Positions 25,675-33,425 of a DNA stretch of 40,789 bases are shown here, in pieces (position 1 is the first letter of the stretch; each line of letters opens with the position of its first letter). The stretch lies in IMG/VR virus record IMGVR_UViG_3300014168_000008, positions 1 through 40,789 of that record. One strand, 5' to 3'. Source of the stretch: a virus (taxonomy: Duplodnaviria; Caudoviricetes). The position numbers and the translations under genes were made by a program. The notes beneath the pieces were generated by a model. That model searched no databases, was not told the DNA's origin, and worked only from the letters and a program-made list of their open reading frames with translations.

Positions 25675-26319
25675 TCAACTGCCGCTCACTTCGATTTGCG
25701 CAAACAAAAGCTGCATGCTGGTCAAGGTCAAAGTTGAAGCGATGGTCAGAGCCAGTGTGAGCGCCTGCTGCAGATTGAGCGAACCGATCACCGCCGTGTT
25801 GCCGTCGAGATAAGTTGCCACGGCCGCGGCCGGGGTGTTCGCGGTGATATTCAACTTCACTTCGCCGTGCGCTTCGATGGTCGCTGCCGATCCGCCCGCG
25901 GCCGCGACGCTCAAAACCAATTCGAATGAAAACGGCATATTGGCCGAGGCTATGGTCGACAGCGCCGCAGCGGTAATCGAAACCAGATTTGTTGCCCCGA
26001 GGTTGAGAGCAAACGTGAGGACCGGCGCGGTCGTTCCCGGCGAGGTGTAAATGCCGCGGCCGCGGATCCGCACCGTCCGGTTGACGCGATTCAAAAGCCA
26101 GCTATTCAACGCCTGGCTGATGAGGTTCTGTGCCGTCGTGATGGCGGTGAGCGCCGTCTGCTCCTGGAGAGTGAGAATCGCTGCCGTGAGCAGTTGCTCG
26201 CCGCCCGCGCCGATCGCCGACAGTAGACCGTTCTTATTATCCAGCGCCAGGCCTGGCGCATTCCCGTTCTGGCCGGTCGCGTTGCTCGGTCCCTGCGTGA
26301 GTGTCTCGAATTGCGACAT
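25675..26319 (-). CDS. virion structural protein (decoration/spike-like)
   Basis: Ala/Thr-rich beta pattern; downstream of capsid gene. Confidence 0.7.
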   Translation of the reverse strand: MSQFETLTQGPSNATGQNGNAPGLALDNKNGLLSAIGAGGEQLLTAAILTLQEQTALTAITTAQNLISQALNSWLLNRVNRTVRIRGRGIYTSPGTTAPVLTFALNLGATNLVSITAAALSTIASANMPFSFELVLSVAAAGGSAATIEAHGEVKLNITANTPAAAVATYLDGNTAVIGSLNLQQALTLALTIASTLTLTSMQLLFAQIEVSGS

Positions 26320-26417
26320 TGATGATCCTGCTTTCCGCGCCGGCGGCGCTCACGACATTGGTGCTCGAAACTTAACAGCCCGCTTGAAACTTCACAGTCT
26401 TGAGAATCTTTACGGGT

Positions 26418-26954
26418 TTACTTCCACTCGGGAATGAAGGTGTTTCCATCCTCGTTTTGGAACTCCCACGTCGGTCCCAGCATGGGCCGCAGCTTGTTCG
26501 TCTTTGCGTCTTTCAGCAGGCTCTCATACCACTTCACATCCTTGTTGTAGAGTTCGATGCGCTCGGCAATCTGGCGCTGCGTCTCGCCCTCAAAAATCGG
26601 CTTGCGCGATTTGCGCGCGGGATGCGGCCGCTGCTCCGCCAGGTCGCACCGCGGGCACTGGATCAAAAAGTTATTGGAGAAAAATACGCGGGAGAGATAG
26701 AGCACGCTTTTCCCGTCACCCTCGTAACGATCGTCCGGCCCTCCGCCCTGCTTGTGGAGGCAGACTTCGCGTTGGATGTAACGGCGCACCTTCTCAGCTT
26801 CTTTGAGCAGCGTCTGCCGCTGTTTGTTTTGCGCGCTGCGCTGTTCGCGGGTCTGAATGAAGGTTTGATTTTCTTCCTTCTGCCGCTCCAGAGTCAGCTT
26901 TCGCGTCTGGAGATCAATCTCCAAAATCTCGCGCTGCAGTTCTTCGTTCGTCAT
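26418..26954 (-). CDS. hypothetical protein (coiled coil plus C.H...CxxC)
   Basis: GAGGG RBS before ATG26954. Confidence 0.7.
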   Translation of the reverse strand: MTNEELQREILEIDLQTRKLTLERQKEENQTFIQTREQRSAQNKQRQTLLKEAEKVRRYIQREVCLHKQGGGPDDRYEGDGKSVLYLSRVFFSNNFLIQCPRCDLAEQRPHPARKSRKPIFEGETQRQIAERIELYNKDVKWYESLLKDAKTNKLRPMLGPTWEFQNEDGNTFIPEWK

Positions 26955-26966
26955 CGTGAGTCCCTC

Positions 26967-27010
26967 AAAAATCCCCCGGCGAGTGTCATCCACGATTACT
27001 CGCCGGGGAA
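26967..27010 (-). terminator. strong intrinsic terminator after the capsid and methyltransferase genes
   Basis: - strand TCCCCGGCGAGT..ACTCGCCGGGGGA-TTTTT. Confidence 0.75.
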
Positions 27011-27086
27011 GGCTTTGGCTTCCCTCTCGTCTGTGCGAGAGAGCTTGTTAGGGGACTTATATACTTGAGTCCCTTTTGTTAAGCGT

Positions 27087-28208
27087 TCATGCAAAAAGTC
27101 TTTCCTGCGCTGGCCGTAAGCAGTGTGGACTGAAATAAACACGCTCCTTTGAGGAGTTCTCGCGGGCTTGGTTCTCGCCCTGAGAACCATAGCCGCCCCG
27201 CGCCTTCCACTCCACCGTATCCCATGAATCGGGCATATCGTGTTCGCCCTCGTATCCGCAGAGCGCAATCCTGATTCGCGGGTCATCTCCCTGTGCGATT
27301 GCCCACTCCCGTACCTCGTTAGCTACTGTAAGGCTGTCTGAGCTATATAGCGCGTCTGTGCGACCGTCAAGGTAAGGAGGATCGAGGAAGACTCCAGTGG
27401 TTCCGAGCTTGACCGTTGGCGTAGGGCCGCAGACTCGAGACCAATCGCCGCAGCACACCCGGACTCGGCGCAAGCGTTCGGCTAGTTCGTTCATGTACTG
27501 AAACAGGAACTCTCGCGTTCCCAAGGTGCGGGCGCTTTCCTCTTCTAAGCAAAGGGCACCGCCCGTGCCCGCGTTCCCAAGGTGCGGGCGCTTACGGTGT
27601 ACGCCCGTGCCCGCGTCCCCAAGGTGCGGGCGCTTACGGTGTACGCCCGTGCCCGCGTTCCCAAGGTGCGGGAGTTGCCTGTTTACCCCTCTGCCCGCGT
27701 CCCCAAGGTGCGGGAGCTTACGGTGTACGCCCGTGCCCGCGTTCCCAAGGTGCGGGAGTTGCCTGTTTACCCCTCTGCCTGCGTCCCCAAGGTGCGGGAG
27801 CTGCACCGAGCACCATCCTGAGCCAATCCAGATACATTGTCCCCATACCCACCATCCTGCAATTTTCGCATCGTAAAACTCCGGGTCTGTCTTCATGTTT
27901 TCACGGAACTCTTCTTGTGAGACGAGCCACAAATGCCTTGCGTGTTGATCTGCCTCGTTTACCGGCCAATCGGCGGCATCGGCCACTGCATCGGGATCGT
28001 TTTGCAACGCACGCCAGAAGTTAGCCACCATGCAGTCGAGGTCATTTACCGTCTCGATACCTGCCTCTGTTGGCCGTCCGAGCAATACCGCGCCACTTCC
28101 AAAGAACGGCTCGATGTAATTCTGCACGTGGCCGAAACGTTCCCAAACAAGAGGGGCAACCTTCGATTTTCCACTAAACCATGGAAACGGTGCTCTCAAA
28201 TCAGTCAT
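27087..28208 (-). CDS. DNA adenine methyltransferase (Dam/D12 class) with internal repeats
   Basis: PFPWFSGKS, YIEPFFGSGAV (motif I), VND, FLDPPY (motif IV). Confidence 0.92.
   Translation of the reverse strand: MTDLRAPFPWFSGKSKVAPLVWERFGHVQNYIEPFFGSGAVLLGRPTEAGIETVNDLDCMVANFWRALQNDPDAVADAADWPVNEADQHARHLWLVSQEEFRENMKTDPEFYDAKIAGWWVWGQCIWIGSGWCSVQLPHLGDAGRGVNRQLPHLGNAGTGVHRKLPHLGDAGRGVNRQLPHLGNAGTGVHRKRPHLGDAGTGVHRKRPHLGNAGTGGALCLEEESARTLGTREFLFQYMNELAERLRRVRVCCGDWSRVCGPTPTVKLGTTGVFLDPPYLDGRTDALYSSDSLTVANEVREWAIAQGDDPRIRIALCGYEGEHDMPDSWDTVEWKARGGYGSQGENQARENSSKERVYFSPHCLRPAQERLFA
27561..27803 (-). repeat. 42-bp coding tandem repeat, about 5.8 copies
   Basis: encodes [QK][LR]PHLG[DN]AG[RT]GV[NH]R units; an extra out-of-frame 24-bp copy lies at 27514-27537. 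Confidence 0.95.
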
Positions 28209-28244
28209 TTCGCTCCAGGGGAGTTAAGTATGTAATTCCCCTTG

Positions 28245-29483
28245 TTAGGTGGTCTGCGGCACGGCTTTCGCAATGCGCGCGCGGCTCACGTTGTCGGGGC
28301 TCGGCCCAATGCCGAGGATGGTGTTATAGGCCGTGCCGGCGGCAATCACGCCGGGCGGGTCATAGCTCGATCGCGCGAACTCGCCAGCCCACAGGTCCAT
28401 GTTCTCCCACTTCGGATGCGGGTCGGTGTGCTTGGCGCTCGGCAGGTTGATGAACACCATTGCATCCTCGCCGGCGCAGTAGGTCGAGATGGCGGTAAGT
28501 CCCGATCCCTGCCAGTTAGCCGTGGTCGTCTGGTTGGTCGAACGCAGCCAACGTGTGCCGGCGAGCTCGAGTACTTTGATTTCGCCATCGTCGTCGTCGT
28601 CCATCAGCTCCTCGAGTTTGAGCTGGCCCTCGGGGGTGTGCTTCAGGATGTCGACAACCGAATTGTTGGTGTTGTCGAGCGCGAACACATCGCCGACAAA
28701 GAAGGGATGGATCGAGCCGTAGAAATAGCCGGTCTGCATCGGCGCCACATTCTGGCCGAAGAGCGAGGGCGGCATCTGCTCGATGATCTGCTTGGTGAAG
28801 GCATAGAGCGGCCCCACGGTTGAATCCTGGTTCGATGTGTTGGTGTCCAGGGTGCGCAGATAGTCGAGGTTGATCATGATCAGCGTGTCAATCGTCTGTG
28901 CCAGCCGATAGGCCATCATGCGGCGATAGTTCATCAAGTCATCCGAGATGGATGTCATGAAGGTCAAATCGCTGAAGTTTGTATAGTCGGCCCACTGGCC
29001 CATCACGATATCGCGGAAGTTGCAGACGATGGTGATCGGGTTACCGATTGTGCCCTGTGTCTGTTGCGTCAGGTTCGGACCGATCGGCGGGGTAAGCATG
29101 AAGTTACGGAAAGTCAGACCGCTCTTTTCCGGCATCGTCATGCGCGTGCATAGTTGCAATTTATTCAGCTTCTTCGCGAGAAACTTCATAAACGCTTTGT
29201 TGTAGTGCACGGTTAGCCCAGCCTGCGGCATGTTGCCGGTCTGCATTGCGGCCGGCGACGCGCCGTCGCCACAGACCGCGCCGGTGGCGTAAGCCGCTGC
29301 CTCGCGCAGCGACATAGCCGAGGCGGTGTAGCTGGCCATTCCCAGCACCAACAGCACCCAGCCCACGGCCAGAGTCAAGCGCACGCCTGGAAGCAGAATC
29401 CCGCGTACCAGCGCGCACGCTGCCACATTCACGCTATTCAAATCGAGCGTGCGTGGCCCTTTCATTCTTTGAGTATGTTTCAC
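28245..29483 (-). CDS. major capsid protein (N4-gp56-like) with hydrophobic N-terminal leader
   Basis: MPEKSG, TQG, GQWADY.NFSD, LAQTID, GSIHP motifs; follows portal and scaffold; GGGAG RBS and GTG start. Confidence 0.85.
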   Translation of the reverse strand: MKHTQRMKGPRTLDLNSVNVAACALVRGILLPGVRLTLAVGWVLLVLGMASYTASAMSLREAAAYATGAVCGDGASPAAMQTGNMPQAGLTVHYNKAFMKFLAKKLNKLQLCTRMTMPEKSGLTFRNFMLTPPIGPNLTQQTQGTIGNPITIVCNFRDIVMGQWADYTNFSDLTFMTSISDDLMNYRRMMAYRLAQTIDTLIMINLDYLRTLDTNTSNQDSTVGPLYAFTKQIIEQMPPSLFGQNVAPMQTGYFYGSIHPFFVGDVFALDNTNNSVVDILKHTPEGQLKLEELMDDDDDGEIKVLELAGTRWLRSTNQTTTANWQGSGLTAISTYCAGEDAMVFINLPSAKHTDPHPKWENMDLWAGEFARSSYDPPGVIAAGTAYNTILGIGPSPDNVSRARIAKAVPQTT

Positions 29484-29501
29484 TGCTTCTGCTCCCGGCC
29501 G

Positions 29502-30350
29502 CTACGCGCGCGCCTGGCGGGGCGGATAGTGATAATTTGCCGCTTCGATGTAGTCCTTGTCGCGCGCACGCAGCAAGCGATCGGACTCTTTGAGCGGCAT
29601 CTTATCGAATTCCTCCCGCGTCCACTTGGGTTTCCATTGAGGCAATTGCGTCGAGCCGGTCCGGTTGATCCGGTGGCTGGTTGCAAAAGCCGCGTCGGTC
29701 TGCCGAGTACGGGAGTCCGGATTTTGGGCCGGGAGCACTGGTAGAGCTGGGGGTTGGATGCCGTCGGGGAGATCTTCCTCCGTTAAGAGGTATCCCCCTT
29801 GCTTCAATTCCTGAAAACACTTCTCCAGGATCTCCGCGGTGATGAGCCGGATGTTCCCTGTCCGGCTCCGCGCGTTGTCGAAAATTAGCTTTTTATTGTA
29901 AGGAACATCCTTTAACTCCGGATGTGTCGCGGCCCACGCGATCGCAGTCGCTTCAAAGCCCCTGGCGGCGATCTGCTCGGTATCGATGCCGGTCGCATTT
30001 TCGAAAAGTTTCACGATCGCGCCCGGCGCCTTTGCCGGATTGGTCAGTTCGCTGGTCGCCAGCATCTGCTCGTCGGCCGTCAGCGTGAGCCGGCGGGTGG
30101 GGGCAGGTTTAATCGGCGCGGGAGTCGGCCCTGCAGGCTGCCTGGCGGGACTGGCAAGATGCGCGCGCGCGTGCATGCTGGTCTTTTCGATTTTCCCGTA
30201 AACCTCATCCGGCGTCTTGCCATAAGTTCTCACCGCCTGCGAGCCGTCTTCGAGGTCCGTCACACGGCAATAGCGGCCGTCGTCGAGCGGCTTCGCTTCG
30301 TCGCTCGGCTGCTCCGCGCCTTTCTTGCCCGTGAGCCAGTAGGCTTTCAC
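29502..30350 (-). CDS. putative capsid scaffolding protein
   Basis: directly upstream of capsid gene; C-terminal WTREEFDKM..E helix. Confidence 0.65.
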   Translation of the reverse strand: MKAYWLTGKKGAEQPSDEAKPLDDGRYCRVTDLEDGSQAVRTYGKTPDEVYGKIEKTSMHARAHLASPARQPAGPTPAPIKPAPTRRLTLTADEQMLATSELTNPAKAPGAIVKLFENATGIDTEQIAARGFEATAIAWAATHPELKDVPYNKKLIFDNARSRTGNIRLITAEILEKCFQELKQGGYLLTEEDLPDGIQPPALPVLPAQNPDSRTRQTDAAFATSHRINRTGSTQLPQWKPKWTREEFDKMPLKESDRLLRARDKDYIEAANYHYPPRQARA

Positions 30351-30784
30351 TGCGTCTGCCTCTTCTTCTTCGGCGTGAGCTTTTGCAGCTCCGCCTGGAT
30401 CATTCCACTTTCACTGTCGAGGATCTGCCTGTAGATGGCCATGTACGCCCAGCCGGCGGCGATTTTGTCCGCATTTCTGAGCGGATCCTGCTGGGACACG
30501 AGTGTAGCCGCCTTCTCCGCCTCGGCGCAAGTCCTTTTGCGCAGCCGGCACAGTACTTCCCAGCCCGGCTCCTGGATCAGTTTCCGGAGCGCATTGCGAT
30601 CGGCGTCATTGAGAGCCCGCAAGGGATCGAACGGATCCGTCGACAATTCGGCTTCGGCTGTCTCGGGCTCGCCCTCTTCCATCACATCGCGGGCGAGCTG
30701 CTCCATCTCGGCATTCAGCGGCACGCCGGCGAGGAAGTTTTCTAGCGTCGGCTTTCGATCGGCGACTTCTTCTTCGTCTGCCAT
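30347..30784 (-). CDS. hypothetical protein between portal and scaffold
   Basis: L..L...PGW motif; coupled ORF. Confidence 0.7.
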   Translation of the reverse strand: MADEEEVADRKPTLENFLAGVPLNAEMEQLARDVMEEGEPETAEAELSTDPFDPLRALNDADRNALRKLIQEPGWEVLCRLRKRTCAEAEKAATLVSQQDPLRNADKIAAGWAYMAIYRQILDSESGMIQAELQKLTPKKKRQTQ

Positions 30785-30985
30785 CTATAACGGGCCTCTG
30801 TAAAAGCTGAGATGTAAGTGAGAAATCACGCCGCCCATGACGCTCGGTACCCTTCGAGTCGCACTCCAATGCAACTGATATGCTGTGTTTCGCAGCCAAA
30901 ACCCCACCTGATTTCGGCCCAGCGAGATTCCGGCAAAGCTAATCCCGATACCAAGGCTCCCCACTTCCTTCCAGGTTCTAAGCAT
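30785..30985 (-). CDS. small hypothetical protein
   Basis: AAGGGG RBS; fills the gap. Confidence 0.45.
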   Translation of the reverse strand: MLRTWKEVGSLGIGISFAGISLGRNQVGFWLRNTAYQLHWSATRRVPSVMGGVISHLHLSFYRGPL

Positions 30986-30997
30986 CGATTCCCCTTT

Positions 30998-33160
30998 CTA
31001 CTCCGCCAGCGCGTCGGGCACGCCGCCCTTCAAAAATCCCTCGTCCTGATTGCGCTCGACCAGGCCCTCGGCGCGTTCCAAGGGTATCGCGCCAGCCATG
31101 TGCTCCGCCGCAATCTCGGTAATCTTGTTGGTTTGATCCACCTGGCCCTGCGCCTGGATCGCCTGCTGTTTGTTCTGTCCGCGCTTGTCTTCCACCTGGA
31201 GCTGGCCCTGCACCTTTTGCGCGCCCGGCGAATTTTGTTTGTAGCTCTGCATCTCCTGCGGCGTCATGTCGCGATAGATGTTATCGGCGTTGCCGTCGAG
31301 CTCGCTCATACGGATGAACAGATCCTCGATCGAAGTAAAGTCGATGGTCCGGCCGGTCTGGTGCAGCGCATCAAGCGCCTGCGGTTGCTGGATGATCTGC
31401 AGCAAGAATGGAATGAGCTGCTGAATTGCCTGGCGCGCCATCATGCGCTGGCCGGCGAGCACGTTCACGGTGAACTCAGCGGCGAAGATCTTCTCGACGT
31501 TCAGCTCGCCCTTGGGTCCGATCAGCGCATCGGAGTACTTCTTTTTGAGAATCCTGCGCACTTCGGCCGGCGGCATCTTCAGTCGCACGACGTCAATCAA
31601 AAAATAGATGAACCGCTCGAGCGCATTCGCCTGCCAGCGCACCGGCCCGGCGACATTCTCATCGGCCTTGCCGCCCACGCGATTGACGCCCGCGGCGGTC
31701 CGCATGGCCGAGCTGCCAGGGCCGCCGAGGTTGCCTTGCATCGTGGTCGCGTTCGCGCCCACCAGATCCTGGCCGCCCTGCTTCGCTTCCTGGTAAACCG
31801 TCCACGCCTCTTTCGGGATCGCCGGCTTTTCGATGTAGCCCACAGCATCGCGCACGTGTTCGCCCGGCGCGGTATCGACCTGGAGGAAGGTCGCCAAGCC
31901 CGCAATGACGTTCTGCGTCGGGGCATTCATGCCGCGGCGGATGAGGAGCGGGGTGTTAAACCACATCCCGATCATCTTCAAAACTTCATTGAGGACGCCC
32001 TGCTCCATGCGCTGGTCGCCGGAGTTGAGCCGGCCGATCCCCATGCCGTAACCCATATTCGGGATGTTCCACCAGTTCATGGTGTAGTGGAGCGCGTGAT
32101 CGCCCATGTCGTGTTCTTCGTTCCGGATCACGATGTAGCGGCCTTCGACGCACCACACCACGGTCACGCGCTCGGCGTCCCACATTGAAATCAAGGCATA
32201 GGGCTTTTTGAACGGGTCCGCGCTCATCTGGCGCTGCTCGCCTTCGGCGTGCGCGACAACGCTCGATTGATTCGTGAACTGATCGGCGGTCATCGACGCC
32301 GGTGCCGCGTCGCCTTGCGGCCGATCGAGGAAAAACTTTTCGAGCTCCTCGCGGCTGGGAATGTTCTTGTAGCACGAGAGCTTCGAGAGCTGCTGCAGGC
32401 CTTGGAAATCAACCGTCTCGTAATCGATCACATAACGTGCGCTCTCTTCGGGAGCATTCGGCGTGCGCCAGTCCGGATCGAATAGCGCGGTGCCGAGGCG
32501 CATGTACTCGATGAAGGGCCAGGTCTCTTCGATCTCCTCGGGCACAATTTTGAAGTCGTCGCTCTCCTCGGTCGGCACGGATTCGGTTCCACCGAGCGGG
32601 AGCTTCACTTCCGCCTCCGGTTTTTGCCGCTTACGGATTTTCTTGATGACCTTCTTCGTTTCGACGCCGGGGCGGAGAATGCCGGTTCCATAGAGCGCCG
32701 CCGACTCGTTCGCCAGGCTGAAGTGGTACTCGGCTTTTGCGCGCTTCATCAGCACCCAAAGCAGATGCGTCCAGGCCTGCATCTGGAGCTCGGTCGAATC
32801 GCCCTCCGGCTGCAGCACGAACGGTTTTTGATTGCCCCATACGCCGTTGTGGACCTGGCCCGCCATGGTGACGGTGTTCTTCGCAACCAGGAAACGTGAG
32901 ATCCGAACCGGCCGGCCGTCCGCCACGCGCACCCACCGGTCATTCACCGGCGACTGGTAGAGAATATCCGCAGCCTGCCACTCCAGCAGCCACGAATTTT
33001 GTTCGAGGTAGGCTTTCGCTTTTTCGTAATTTGAAACTACGATCGAAGCCGCCGCGTCGTCGACGAACGCCGGCGCCTTAACTCCGCCCTCGCTGGTTGT
33101 GACTTGGCTGGGCTGAATGTCCGGATTGATATCCGCGGCGAGAGTGAGAACGTCAGCCAT
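30998..33160 (-). CDS. portal protein (P22-like)
   Basis: start ATG33160 (GGAG RBS); ALYGTG, FDPD, YGMGIG, RTAAG motifs; Gln-rich C-terminus; downstream of terminase. Confidence 0.88.
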   Translation of the reverse strand: MADVLTLAADINPDIQPSQVTTSEGGVKAPAFVDDAAASIVVSNYEKAKAYLEQNSWLLEWQAADILYQSPVNDRWVRVADGRPVRISRFLVAKNTVTMAGQVHNGVWGNQKPFVLQPEGDSTELQMQAWTHLLWVLMKRAKAEYHFSLANESAALYGTGILRPGVETKKVIKKIRKRQKPEAEVKLPLGGTESVPTEESDDFKIVPEEIEETWPFIEYMRLGTALFDPDWRTPNAPEESARYVIDYETVDFQGLQQLSKLSCYKNIPSREELEKFFLDRPQGDAAPASMTADQFTNQSSVVAHAEGEQRQMSADPFKKPYALISMWDAERVTVVWCVEGRYIVIRNEEHDMGDHALHYTMNWWNIPNMGYGMGIGRLNSGDQRMEQGVLNEVLKMIGMWFNTPLLIRRGMNAPTQNVIAGLATFLQVDTAPGEHVRDAVGYIEKPAIPKEAWTVYQEAKQGGQDLVGANATTMQGNLGGPGSSAMRTAAGVNRVGGKADENVAGPVRWQANALERFIYFLIDVVRLKMPPAEVRRILKKKYSDALIGPKGELNVEKIFAAEFTVNVLAGQRMMARQAIQQLIPFLLQIIQQPQALDALHQTGRTIDFTSIEDLFIRMSELDGNADNIYRDMTPQEMQSYKQNSPGAQKVQGQLQVEDKRGQNKQQAIQAQGQVDQTNKITEIAAEHMAGAIPLERAEGLVERNQDEGFLKGGVPDALAE

Positions 33161-33425
33161 TGGCGTGAGTTCTCCGTTTGGTTCTGATAGCGCGCATCGA
33201 ATCGCGCAAAGCATTGCTTATTGGCAGCAAGCTATCTGTGGCGTATGCCTCGAAAGCACGCTGCGTGAAGTGGAGGAGCACCGCGGCCATCTCGCCCGGG
33301 AAACGAGTCTTCAAGGCGTCAAAGACCGCTTTCTGTGGGTCCGGCGCTCTCATGTACAAGCGCATGCTGCCGGGCGTCAGACCTAGCCGTAGGAGTGGCG
33401 TGTCGAGATCCATGTAATCAGCCAT
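33153..33425 (-). CDS. hypothetical protein
   Basis: GGAGG RBS; overlaps terminase stop and portal start. Confidence 0.55.
   Translation of the reverse strand: MADYMDLDTPLLRLGLTPGSMRLYMRAPDPQKAVFDALKTRFPGEMAAVLLHFTQRAFEAYATDSLLPISNALRDSMRAIRTKRRTHANG

Noticed and set aside
27514-27803. CRISPR-like array
   Set aside because: The intervening sequences are themselves repeated, the 42-bp period keeps frame inside a methyltransferase ORF, and no cas genes are present.
30818-32188. 456-aa + strand ORF
   Set aside because: Antisense shadow of the portal gene.
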